From the NCBI GenBank assembly GCA_002104945.1, contig MCFH01000007.1, positions 310,001-374,000 of the forward strand: DNA of 64,000 nt, read 5' to 3'. Position 1 is the stretch's first letter. Each line of letters begins with the position of its first letter. Shown one piece after another: positions 43,700 to 56,892 of the stretch. Below the pieces are notes generated by a model that saw only the letters and a program-made list of their open reading frames with translations, did no database searches and was not told the DNA's origin. This DNA is from Piromyces finnis finn. Taxonomy: Eukaryota; Fungi; Neocallimastigomycota. Position numbers and translations under genes: made by a program.

Positions 43700-45602
43700 T
43701 TTTTAATTATATATTATTATTATCTTATTATATCTTAAATATTTACAAATCTTAATTCTAATAAGGATTAAAAAATAATCTTTATTGTCTCCTTATTTTA
43801 AAAATTATTTTAATCCTAATTAAATAATATTGTTTATAAAATAATATTAATTAGAATTATTTCTTTTATTAATATTATTTGATGTTAGTTTAAATTATTT
43901 GTTCCTTTTAAATTCTTTTTATAGACTTTATTATAATTTAGTCTTATAAAAATATTTAAATAATATTAATTAAAATTATTTCTATTAATATTATATATTT
44001 TTTATTTATTTATTATTATTATTATTCTTTCTATAAACTTTTGATATTTAGTTTATAAAAAGATACTTCAATAATTATATATAAATATTTTATTTTTTAA
44101 AAAAAAATAAAAAAATTAAAAAAAATATTAATTATAAAATTTTTTTTGGACTTTCTTTTTGAAAAGTATCAAATCAAAATAAGTAAAGTTTAATTAATAA
44201 TAAAATAAAAAAGAATGTAAATAATAATATAAATATAAAAATTATATAAATATGAATTAATATTGGAAATATTAAAAATTAATAAATATCAAATAATATA
44301 TAGACTTCATTTAGTGGTAATTTATTTATATTTTTCTTTTTATTATTATTAATTATATATTTTTACATTAAATAACTAAACATCAAATAATTATTTATAT
44401 TTAACAATAAATATAATAATAAAATAAGCAATGTTATTAAAAACTAATTGAATGAATAATATAATAATTAAATAAATCTAAATAAAAAACTAATTATTAA
44501 GATTATTAATATATATCAAACTTCTATTATTAATATTTATCTATATTATATATTTGTTTGATATTTATATAATTAATATATAATCAATATATATAATAAA
44601 TTATAATATTTAAATTCTTCATTGTAATACTGTTCTCTTGTTACACAGTAATTAGATTTATAATAAATTTTAATTTTATTTACTTTAGATTATTTCAAAA
44701 TAAAAATATTTAATATAATTTAATATTATTGCATGTTTTACAAATTTATATATTAATATTATATTAAACTCTCAACTAAATTAAATATTTAGATAATTTT
44801 GATTAATATATATCTTAATTAAAATCCAACCAATAGTTAAAGATAAGACATTTATAAATAATATAATAAAAACAATATAAAGTTAATTGTATTTATAGGA
44901 TGAAAAAAATATTATATTCTTAGGGATTTTATGGGTTAATTTTTAGAAATAAAATAAATGCATATTTAATCTAACCTTATATATATTAATAATATAAAAA
45001 AGAAATAACAACTTTTCAATGATGAATCAAATAGTTTGTTTTAGGTCATAATAAATATTCTTAAATTATATAGGTTTCTATCATTCATGAATTATATTTA
45101 AATTACAAATTGAAATATAATCATAATAATAATAATAGTTAAATAATTTTCAAATTTGAATTGAAATAAGAAATATAAACTCTTTAAATTATAATTAAAA
45201 ATATAAGTGATATTTCTATTAATTAGCTTTAGCTTAAATACAAATAATAGAATAGAATATTATAATAAATTAATTATTATTTAAGTAAAAATTTCATTTT
45301 TCGTATAATTTTGAAATTTAAAATTTTTCCAAACGGAAAAAATAAAATGCTTTATACCAATAATTTTTTTTTTTAAAAATTTTAAAATTTTAAAAATAAA
45401 CATTTAATTTAATTATAAAATATAAATTTTGTAATTTTAAATTTTAAAATAAATTTAAAGTTCAGGAAAACAAACAAACATGCAAACATGTAGTTATTAA
45501 TTTAATTTTTTTATTTACTTTTTATTTATAATTATTATCATTATTTTTTTGAATTAGTAAATAAAATAAAAATAATATATAACTTCTTAATGTAATATAA
45601 AA

Positions 45603-48600
45603 ATGAACAATTATAATAATTCAATTGTGGGATCGAAAAGAGTAAAATTTAATATTTAGTTAGATAAAGTCAAAAAGTTATATAATAGTATTAAGGAAAG
45701 ACATTTTTATTTTGTAAAAATTATTAGAATATGTTATTTTCTTTTCTTTATACAGTTTCATCTTCGATAAAACTGTCAACATTTTTAAATTGTTTTTTAA
45801 TATCAATAGAAGGTAATATATTATTAAGATTATTGATAAAAATAAATATTTTCATTTATATGTATTATTGAATAATTATATTTTTCATATATAAAATATT
45901 TATAGATTTTCAGCTATTATATTTTGTATTATCTGACAATGAAACAATTTCACTACCAGCAGTTATAGAATTTCTATGTTCATACATAACTTTAGATAAT
46001 TTACCATTTAATATTTTTAGTATGAATTTTGTAATATAGTTTATTATTCTAATATTTTTAATTAATAAGAAGTAAAATATTTAATCATATTTTATTTATA
46101 TTTGAAATAAAGAAATAATACAACAGATATTTTCTATTCTTAGCATAGTAACTTTTATTATTTTTGGTAAGAATGATACTAAAATTATCTAATTATATTT
46201 TAATTAATTATTTATTTATTTATTCATTTTTATAAAAATATATATTATTTATTTACTTAAAAAAATAGCTTGTCATTTTTTCAAAAAATCCCAAAAGTAT
46301 GAACTTTATTAATTTATTATAAAAAATAAAAGGCAAAGAAAAACAAAATTATTAAATTTAATATTTTTATATATGAATTTGAACAATGATTTAGATATGA
46401 ATATAATAAATATATCAAGGTATGAATTTTAATTATATATTTAATATTACTAATTAATATTTATTAAATATCTTTATAATATGACATATTAGTTTTCTAG
46501 TATCGCTTTTGTATTATTTGATTCGTAAGTAATACTAAATAATATAATTGTAATAAAAATTTAGAAGTTAATTTTAATTTTTTTTTATTATTAAAAGTAT
46601 CTTGTTTGTACCATGTATGTTTAAGTATTTAATATTTTCTCAACCTTTCTTATTTAAATATGAAACAAGAAGCAAGTGTATTAATTTCAATATTTCAAAA
46701 TATATATATAGTTGTTAATGGATTATTTAAATGCATTCTGATAAAAGATAATAAATTGTTATTTTACTCTTCCATTAATATTAATTCAAGCATTTATTTG
46801 TAAATGAAATATATATATATATATATAATATTTATATATATATAATTAAACATATTACTAACATTAATATAATTAGAATTATTTTATCATATATCACTTT
46901 AATTATCAATGTGATACTTTTGCCTATTGTATGTTATAAAAATTAATACTTTTATTATACTTATTTATATATTTTAATACTTTTATGAATTTATTTATGA
47001 TAATAGATTTCATATGCATTTGCTTCTCCGATTTCTTTAAAAAATAAAAATTCAAGGCTTCAAACAAATTATTGTATTGGATTTAAATATAATATATACA
47101 GGCTAATTATAGTAATTTTTTTTAATAATTGCTTTATTATAAATAATATTTATAGTTAAAATGATTTAGTGTAATAATAATAATAGAAGTAAAAAATCTA
47201 AAATAATTACTATTAATATTTGTATTAGATAATATTAAGACAAGTATCCATAGGCTATTATGAAAATTATATGGGACTAACTTATTTGATGATGTTTATA
47301 GGACTAATATTTTTATTATCAAAATTAATTATAAATCAACCTTATTATAATAATACAATAAATATTATAAGATCTGGAATATGGTCAATGATAATTACAA
47401 TATCTTTTATTATTTCATTATCTAAAGTATATAACTTAAAAGATACTTTATTCATAATATTTTTAGTTGGCATAATCGGTTTTATTATAGGAATGTTATA
47501 TTACAAATATAGTTCAAATAAAATCATTAATTCTATTTATATCAGATATAAAAAGAGTATGGCTTTTAAAAATCAAAGTGATCATGTGAGTAATTTAAGT
47601 ATTAGTCATAATGAATCTTTGTCTCAAAATTCGAAAACCTCGGAAGATGATGAATATATTGAAGAAGATAGTATTGCTAATGAATCTGATAATGATTTTA
47701 TAAGTTCTGATAATATAAATAATGATAATCCGGATTCTTTTAGTAATTCATCAAATAATACATTGATACCAAAAAATTTAGATGATAAACTTAACATATT
47801 TAAAAGAATGGACATTATCTGTATGCATATATATATTAATTGCATATTATACTATAAAATGATATAATGTACTAATAATGATGTATTGTTTATTTAACTA
47901 AAAAAGTATATAAAGTCGATAAAAAAGAACCCATAATTGTATTTAGAAATCCAAGTGAATTTGAACTAGCATGCAGATTTATTAAGTATTATTTTTTTCA
48001 TTATTTATTAATTAATTAATTAATTAAAAAAATAATTATAAAAAAGCTATATTGAAAACTAATCAAAAATATATATAATTTAATAATAAAAATAAAGAAC
48101 AAATGAATCTTTAGAAGCATTTCAATTAGTACATGAATTGTATAAAGAATGGTTGATATCTCAAAGAAATTTATATACTATTTTAAAATAAATGAAATAC
48201 TTATAATTATATATTTTTTTTTTAATTTCATATTTTATATATAGTAAAGAACAATATCCAAAAGAAGCTTATGTAATATTAATAATAAATAAAATATCTA
48301 ATTTAATATAAATGTATTTATGTTATAAATAAATAAAAAAAACAAATTATTAATAAGCGCTATTATTTATAAATCATTCATATAGGTATATATATATTAT
48401 ACATATTTCTTTGCATATATTAACAAAAAAAAAAGAGAATTAAATAATGATGGAAAAGAAATATTCGTTAATAATGAAATTTATGAATATTTGGGAAATG
48501 TTAATCTCTGTAAAACTAATATTATAAGTAACTATTTTTCTAGATATCTTTATTTATATATTAAAGAAAACTATGAAGATACTCAGAATTTTGAAAAAAG

Positions 48601-51600
48601 GTTGGTAAAAAAATAAATGTATTATAAATAAAAAAGTAGTGCATTATTTTTTTTTACTTATACAGTTATTTTTATAAATAAACATAAAATTCTAAGGAAT
48701 TCCAACGAATTATATGATAAAATGCTAAAAGATGCAATAAATAAGCATATAACAATTCTTGATTTATTGAAACAATTTTTCTATTATATTAGAAATAATA
48801 AATTAAAAAAAGAAAAAATGAAATATTTTGATTTAACATTACATCTTAATGAAATAAATACATTAAAACGCGAGTTATCTTTATTGTATCAAGATTTAAT
48901 TCATATTAATCCTGATAATAAAGTAATTATATAATATTTTTTTTAATTTTTTTGGAATATATATTTAAAACACATGAAATTTACATTTAATATATAATAT
49001 AGAGTCCTATTCAGTTAAGTAAGTTGCTTCTATTAACAGCTATGGTATATTTATATATATATAAATTAATTAATAAATAAATAAATAAATATATTAATAT
49101 TTTAATTATAAAAAATTTATATATATTTAAATAATTTAAGAACAGAGCTGAATTTGAGGTAAGTAGATATGTTAAATGGTAAAAAAATATACATATAATT
49201 TATAATATTTTAATAATAATAAAATAATAATAAATTATATATAATTAATATTTAAAAATTATCTATAAATGAAAAGGATTATAACCCAAATATAAAAAAG
49301 GTAATATAAAGTGTTTATTTATTATTATTAATAGTTATAATAAATTATAATATAATAATAAAATTAATTTATTTATTTTATAATTAAACTTAAAAATTAA
49401 TATGGGAATTTCTTAAAAAAGAATAAAGAAATAATGAATTTATTTGATGATGATATTAATAATAGTATAAACGATATGGCATTAAAAGAAAATAATAGCA
49501 AAGAGCAACGGTATGTATTTAACAATAAATCATAAGATATTAATTTATAAGATATTAACATTTATTTTTCTTATTTAAATAAAAGTTCAAAGTTAATTTT
49601 TACTTATACAAAAATGTGCAAAAGTATATCATTAATTGTTATAACTATCTATGAAATCGAACTTATTATTTACACAATTATGTATTATCATAGTTATTTA
49701 TAAATACTATTTTAAAATTTTTATAGTAAATATTAAAATTAAAATTTATAATATATATATGTAGGGTTATTTTTGATATTTTCCATTTATATCGGTATTT
49801 CCATATTATCGAAGATTACATGATATTATCTGACATAGATTATAATATAAAAAACTTACTTTCTGAAATTAAATTGATGTCATTAGCTATTATGGATAAA
49901 GATAGAGAATTAGCTGAAGAACACTTATATTTTATAGAAAATGAATATTTAGTTAGTATTAAAGATTTATATTTACCATTATTAAAAAATTATTCAAATA
50001 TGAAAGAAACAAAAAATCCACTAATATTATATGGAGGCGGAAAAAGCAAATATATTTACCTTAATGGTTTTGAGTTTGTAAAAAAAGTTGAATCAACTGC
50101 ATACGATATTATTGGTACATCATATGAAGAATGGTGTGAAAGAGTTGATAACGGTGAAAATTTATTAGAAAATGATATGTTAAGGTATATAAATATATTA
50201 ATAAATATTAATTAATATTTTATTCATTTGAATTATTAATTTTTATTATAATATATATTAATTAATTTTTTTGATTGAATAATGAAAATTAAAGATTTTT
50301 ATCAGGTACCTTTTTTTTTTTATTATTTTAACTGGAAATATTAGTTAAAATGCTTAAATATAATTCTCTATAAAAAATTTATTGTTTAAAAAAGATAATT
50401 ATCCAGATTATGCAGAAAATGTAATTGAAGAAACTATTAGTTATATACTGGAAAGTGATAATTCTGAAAATACTGAGAGAAAAAAGCTCATAAATTTTGG
50501 AGTGCTTATTTTGATTATTATGTCATTATATATAGTAGTTTATGGTAATAATATATATGAATATATAAATGGATTAATATATATAGTTTTAATTGATGAA
50601 TAATTAAGATATGAAATATATTTTATTATTAATTTTATATAATAAATGTTTTACATGTAGGTATTCATCCATTACTTAATTATTCAGATAAAGTAATGAA
50701 TAATATTGTGTATTTATTTAAATATCTAATGAAAGGTATATTAGATATTATGTATATTTAATAATACATTTATTTTATATAGTATTAATACAATTAACAT
50801 TATTTTTACATTTTTAATTTAAAAGGATCAATTAAAGAGCTAATAGCAAAATATAATGATGATATTAATGCTATTATTGAAACATATGATACCTACAGTG
50901 AAGGAAATACAAAATATAAAAAAAACTAAATAATGGTTTAAAAAAAATTAGATACTATTTAAAAAAAATAAAAGGCATTATTATAATGATTGCTATTATG
51001 CTATCAATGATTGCTATCTCTGCACCACTTCTTGTAATATGTTTAATATCGGTTTTATATATTCGTAATTATAATTTTAATATTAAATATTTCTTTTTTT
51101 TTTAATTTAATTAGTTTTTTGATAATTATATTTTAAACCATATAAAATATAATTTTGATGTGGTATGTTAATTAAATAAATTACATAATTTAATTATTAT
51201 ATATTTATATTTAGTATAAAATATTATTTAACTAATGTATGTATTTATTAATATAGAGTGAAAGAAAAGATTTAATTCTTGATATTTTTATGTTTTCCTT
51301 TGAAACATTAATTCAAGATAGACAGTCATTTAATCCAGGTGAAATTGAAGGAAAATTACAAAAAAAAATAAATGATTTACAGGTAAATAATACAAAAATA
51401 CTTATTTTCATTTAATATAAAAAATATGAAAAATTAATAAATAATAATAATTATTGAATTGGTTCATAAATTTATTTATAGAAATTGCAGGATAAAATAT
51501 ATTTTGGACAACTTGGTTTAGAACCTACAATAAAAATGAATTACCTGGATGAAATATTTATTAGTCATAAATGTTTTAATATTGATTTAGATTTATGTGA

Positions 51601-52183
51601 AGATATAGAAGAAAATATAGATTATGGTAATGATACATTTCTTTTTACAATAACCATTAAACTATATATGTTTCTAATTTATATTTAAAATATAAAAGAT
51701 TTTACCAAGGAAATGGTAAACTTCAATGTTAATGAACTAATAGATGAATATCTTGATAGAGCAAGGTCAATATTAAGTAGATCAGATATTCGATATGAAA
51801 AAACTAAAGTTGATCCTTATTCTTCAAAAATTACGCTTGATAATTTTAGAGAATATAGACAGCGATTCTTAGATGATGCAGATTGTCAATTTCAATATGA
51901 AATATTTGATTATATTATTGGAGCATTACAAAGATATGAAACAATTATATATCAAATTCTTAATAATAAGATTAAAAATGGAATTATGTTCATAGTTTTA
52001 TTTTATTTAATAGGAATGCTATTAATTATATTTTCTATTCTTTATACAAAAAATACGATAAAAAATATAAAAGTATGTTTAACTGAATTAATAAACATAG
52101 TATTTATAGTTCCAAAAAGTGTAGTAGAAAATTCGAGTGAATTTAAAAAGTTTATTGAAACAGGAAATTTGATAGGGGTTTAA
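45603..52183 (+). CDS. Large multi-exon, multi-pass membrane protein, possibly TmcB/TmcC (tiny macrocysts)-like; 5' end uncertain
   Basis: Many in-frame GT-AG exons: N-terminal TM bundle (DFQLLYFV, LFVPF..LFKC, QPYY..NIIRSG), then FRNPSEFELACRF and KEQYPKEAY|VYIYY, further TM segments, and C-terminal ELINIVFIVP...FKKFIETG*. The gene is well supported; the family assignment is from memory of motifs only. Confidence 0.6.
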
Positions 52184-52694
52184 TTTTTATCTTCATTTAA
52201 TCCTAAAACTTTAACTTAATATTATTTATTAATAAAAATAAAAAATTAAAACGTATTTATATAATTATAACAATAACTTTTATTCTATTAAAATAAGTCT
52301 TATATAAAATAATAAAATCTATTTAAGAGTTTAATTTTTGATTATATAGAGTATTATATATAAATGCATTACATTTTTATATTATCAAATTATTATAATT
52401 AATAAACAAATAGTTAAAATGTAAACATTATTTTAGGAAATATATATTATTGTTTATTGAAGTTAGCAAAAAAATATCTCGAAATTAAATACTTCCAACA
52501 AACTATCACATTCTCAAATGAAAAGTTCAAAAAATACTTTTAATATTTTTATAATAAATATAATAGATATGATTTTTTATATATACTTATAAATTAAATT
52601 AAATGGAAATGTTTAAAAAAAAAAGAAAGCATGCTAAAACCATATAAAATTATAAAAAAGACGCAGAAAAGATATATTCCCTTTTCAAATATCA

Positions 52695-53700
52695 TTTTTT
52701 TTAGACTAGGAAAAGAATATACTTCTTGTATTTGTTTATTTAATTTGAGATATTATATTAGTTAATAAATTATAAATAAAAATAATAAAATATATATATA
52801 TAAAATAATTATTAAAGTTGCATAAAATTCAATGAACTCTGCAATTCGTATTGTATGGGATTAGTCCCAACCTAATAAATTAAACGAAATAAAAAAGACA
52901 AGTAACATCAGATATGATAGTGTGGTGTCCACTAAACTCTCCCATGAGTTCATAATGTTTTCATTCGGAGGAATACTAACATTGAACCCTGTGGTATAGA
53001 ACATTAGGAATGTTCCTTTACCATATCGGTACGACGTCGGCGCTCTGAATTTGATAGATCGTTTGTTTTTGTAAGATCTATTGTTTTTGAGCTTATCAAT
53101 AAATTTCAAAGATATTTTACTAGAAATTGGGAGTTTATTAGAAAGAATTTGAATAAGTAGCATGCCTTTTAGCGGCCATTTATGGTCGACTTTTAGAATG
53201 AAATAGGTACCGAGAAATTGTGAATATTTTTTTGGTAAAGGATTGAAGAATTTTATTAAAAGGTTGAATATCCTTTAATAAGAATTCCATTAGTCGTTGT
53301 TTGGACCATGAATTAAGATTATGGATAAAAATAATATAAAGTATAAAAAATATAAAGAAAAGAGATAGAAAAAATATTCAAAAGAATGTTAGTAGAAAGA
53401 GATTCCTTGGAAAATCTAGAGTTTCAAAAAATAAAGAAGACATTACAAAAAATTATATAAAATCATAAATACAAAAAAGCTGCTCCCCTCGAAAAATAAA
53501 ATAAAAAATAAAAAATAGAGAAAAATATGATTAAAAGTAAAGCCGCACCCCACAACAAACTCAAGAATTAATGAAAAGAACTGCAAGCTAACGGAAAAAA
53601 AAAACAAATCTATCTATCTAACTAATCAAAATATAAAAAATGAAGGAATAAGAGAACAAAAAGAATAAGTACAAACAACTGAATATATAGGCTATAAAAA
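52695..53700 (-). mobile_element. Non-autonomous element carrying the family-B LINE 3' tail (52695-53046) fused to a different 5' part; left end T8, right end approximate
   Basis: Reverse complement of 52695-53046 aligns closely with 34530-34916; 53047-53700 is unrelated to the other copies and carries a short broken ORF and GC-rich boxes. Confidence 0.7.
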
Positions 53701-53900
53701 ATAAAAAAAAAAAATAGAATCAAATATATTGTTAAAACAATATTTAATACTACAAAATCAGAAAATTTGTAAATTATATTATGCTATTTAAGTGTTAAAA
53801 GTAACTAATATTTAAGATTAGTTGAAGATGTAAGGAAAATATGGTATAAAACTGTCACTTAGATTACCAACTCAAATCGAAATTTACTGTCTTTTCTTAC

Positions 53901-53904
<4 letters not shown>

Positions 53905-53947
<43 letters not shown>

Positions 53948-56892
53948 GGCATCAAATATTTTAAACTTTATTATTAATTTAATTAAAATTATAATACATG
54001 TAATAAAAAATAAAAATAAAAATAAAAAAAATATGTTTAAATAAACACAAATGAATAAAAATTGGGTATAATGTATTCTAGTAATTTTAATTAAAGTAAG
54101 AAAGCCACTATCATACTAAAGTATAATAATTGTATTTGACTTCCAATGGGACACCGAGCCAAAGATCAAAATTTTGTCATGGAACAAAATTATGATCTCC
54201 ATTGGTTGCGCTGGCCCTCCTGGCCTGTCTTACTGTTTCTTCAGCATTGACGCTCTTGGATGTTGCTTCAAACCTTTTGAACATTGACCATTGCTGGCCA
54301 ATAGCAAAAGGCATGATTTTGGTTAGAAGTTCCGCGGTTACCGTCAAGAATGGTGTTCCTTCGTTAGTACCAGATTGAATCTGACGCTTACAAAGTTCTT
54401 TCCATTCCCTTGAATTGTAATTAATATTGTTAAAACTTCTTCCCCCAAGAAGGAATTTAAATATTTTACTGCACACACTAGAATAATCATACACATTAAT
54501 ATTCACCGGATTATTAGAACTATTACTATCATTAACTAAATTACTATCTAAATTAGAATTATTATCATCACTATTGCTATCATTACTAATATTATTATTT
54601 CTATTACTACTATTGTTATTATTACTATTTCTATTATTACTATTACTACTATTGTTATTATTACTATTGTTATTATTACTATTGTTACTATTACTATTAC
54701 TGTTATTGCTATCTCTACTGATATTAACATTTTCATTATTATTGATAGGACTATTGAAATTACGTTGACTGAAAAAATTTAGTAGCTGGACTATGGAATC
54801 ATAATGTTTAATACGGATATCTCTAAATGTTGGACAATCTAATAACCAATGTTTAATACTTTGATCTCCACACTTGCAACATGGACAGTAGTTAGGACAA
54901 ACTGGATCAACAAATTTGGCAGCTTTGGCAACTCTAGCATCCAACTTGTATCCGCTTCTTGCTTTCAATAGCCAGTAGAAGCCATAGGCAAACTCTGGGT
55001 ATTCATAACATAATTTAATAAAATCTTTAGTTTCAATAAATTTATTATCATCATAATATTGCGCTTTGATTGAATTCCCTTTGAGATCTTTCCAATAAAA
55101 GTTTTTAACTGCTTTAACATCTCCATGCTTCTTTAATTTTTTATCAAGTGTCCTACTTGATTTGCACCACGTGTATTTTCTAAATTTAGGAATGTAATTG
55201 ACAAGGTGTGAGATAATACAATTTGAGTTTTTCCATTTGTTAAAACATCTAACCTGAGCTAACGCACATTTGGCTGACAATGGAGGAATACTCAAATCTT
55301 TTGAAATAGAGTATAAAGATATAAACGATACAGCTTTATGAACTCCGGCAACCCATCGTATTCCTTTGTTAACATGCTTCTGAGCAATTCTAGACCTAGA
55401 TTTGTTGGATCCAAGTAATGGTGCAATGTATGAAACTCTGCTAATCACTTGTGAGTTAAGTACTAGCTTTTTGAAGGGAATAGGAATATTAGGATTTCTT
55501 AAGAATTTACTGACTGAGAAAAGCCCTTTCAAAACCTTGTTATTAAGAGCTTTAATTACTGGTTTAAGGGACAGATTCTTATCAAATGGAACACCAAGAT
55601 AAGTATAACAATCAGTAGTTGGAATGGGTTGTCCTGCTAAGTAAAATGTTGGATCTCTCTTGTTCTGATTTTCTATTGATTCAGGACGAATCACCATCGT
55701 TGAACATTTCTGGATACCAAATTCCATTTCATTATACAAGGCCCATTCATTAACTCTTCTAAGCATCTTTTTTAAGCATCCTCTTGTTGGAGCACAAATA
55801 ACTATATCATCTGCAAAAAGTCCACCACAGCATCGAGTGTCACCTAAACTGACTCCGAGATCTTCACACTCTTTAAATATATCATTAATAAAGAGATTAA
55901 AGAGAATAGGAGAAAGAGGGCAACCTTGACGGACTCCTTTCTTCACATCAAAAGAATTCGAGAATTGTCCATCTAATTTGACATTAGCCTTAGATGTTAA
56001 ATATAAATTTTTGATGAATTGTAAACTCTTACCTCGGATTCCTAAACAATCTAATTTATGGAGAATATTACCGATTGGGACTGAATCGTATGCTTTCCTG
56101 AGATCTAAAAAGGCCAAATATGTCTCTTTATTATCTAATTGACGTCTACGGCATATTTCTTGGATTGAAATGAAAAGACTGATACTTTCTTCCTTTTTTC
56201 GAAAACCAAATTGTTCAGGTCTAATGAAATTATTCTTTAAACCATATTCTGAGATTCTAGTGGTGACAATTTTGGAAATCAACTTAATACCATTATTGAT
56301 AAGTGATATACCTCGATAGTTATCACAATCTGTCAAATCTCCCTTCTTAGGAATAGAAACAATACTGGATTCATTCCATGAGTTGGGGAAATCTCCATCC
56401 CAAATACGGTTAAATAATTTAAGAATAAAATTTAAACCATGAGCATCATTATCTGAAGTGGTATTACCAGAAGAATTATTATCTGTAGCATTATTAGAAC
56501 CATTACTTGATGGAATTAATGCTTTGTAAAATTCAATTGGAATACCATCCGGACCTGATGCTTTATAATTTGGAGTAGAGAGGATAGCTGACTTGACTTC
56601 ATCAATACTAATATCTTGGTTGATATCCCATTCATCAAGCATAGGAAGTGAAAAACGTTTATACGTTGGTTCTTCATACCAATGCTCCAAATCAAGACTT
56701 ACACCACTTGGATCTGATGCAAGCTTTTCGAAATGATCATGCCACACATCTAGTTGTTCTTCCGTAGCAACAACTAATTCTCCATTTTTATTTTTAATTG
56801 GTTGAGCAATAAAGAAAGAATCTTTTCCAATTTTTGCAGTTTTCTTGATCCATTTCCAGGCCTTCTTAGGATTATGACTCTTCATATACTCA
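53905..56892 (-). mobile_element. 5'-truncated non-LTR (LINE) retrotransposon, family A, with a 40-nt poly(A) and 13-bp TSD
   Basis: TSD TTTTCTTACCAAT at 53892-53904 and 56893-56905; T run to 53944; AATAAA about 22 nt before the poly(A); no endonuclease domain present (truncated). Confidence 0.92.
54177..56885 (-). CDS. Truncated LINE ORF2: reverse transcriptase plus C-terminal CCHC zinc knuckle (902 aa open frame)
   Basis: KASGPDGIP, PKKGD..DCDNYRGISL, QFGFR, FLDLRKAYDSV, GVRQGCPLSPILFN, LFADD, YTYLGV, CPCC...HWLLDC. Confidence 0.93.
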   Translation of the reverse strand: MKSHNPKKAWKWIKKTAKIGKDSFFIAQPIKNKNGELVVATEEQLDVWHDHFEKLASDPSGVSLDLEHWYEEPTYKRFSLPMLDEWDINQDISIDEVKSAILSTPNYKASGPDGIPIEFYKALIPSSNGSNNATDNNSSGNTTSDNDAHGLNFILKLFNRIWDGDFPNSWNESSIVSIPKKGDLTDCDNYRGISLINNGIKLISKIVTTRISEYGLKNNFIRPEQFGFRKKEESISLFISIQEICRRRQLDNKETYLAFLDLRKAYDSVPIGNILHKLDCLGIRGKSLQFIKNLYLTSKANVKLDGQFSNSFDVKKGVRQGCPLSPILFNLFINDIFKECEDLGVSLGDTRCCGGLFADDIVICAPTRGCLKKMLRRVNEWALYNEMEFGIQKCSTMVIRPESIENQNKRDPTFYLAGQPIPTTDCYTYLGVPFDKNLSLKPVIKALNNKVLKGLFSVSKFLRNPNIPIPFKKLVLNSQVISRVSYIAPLLGSNKSRSRIAQKHVNKGIRWVAGVHKAVSFISLYSISKDLSIPPLSAKCALAQVRCFNKWKNSNCIISHLVNYIPKFRKYTWCKSSRTLDKKLKKHGDVKAVKNFYWKDLKGNSIKAQYYDDNKFIETKDFIKLCYEYPEFAYGFYWLLKARSGYKLDARVAKAAKFVDPVCPNYCPCCKCGDQSIKHWLLDCPTFRDIRIKHYDSIVQLLNFFSQRNFNSPINNNENVNISRDSNNSNSNSNNSNNNNSNNNNSSNSNNRNSNNNNSSNRNNNISNDSNSDDNNSNLDSNLVNDSNSSNNPVNINVYDYSSVCSKIFKFLLGGRSFNNINYNSREWKELCKRQIQSGTNEGTPFLTVTAELLTKIMPFAIGQQWSMFKRFEATSKSVNAEETVRQARRASATNGDHNFVP

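Noticed and set aside
53830-53841. GTAAGGAAAATA, identical to the branch-point-pairing segment of human U12 snRNA
   Set aside because: It lacks the upstream TGCCTTAAA U6atac-pairing 5' end and a recognisable stem/Sm-site layout; a 12-nt AT-rich match is plausible by chance.
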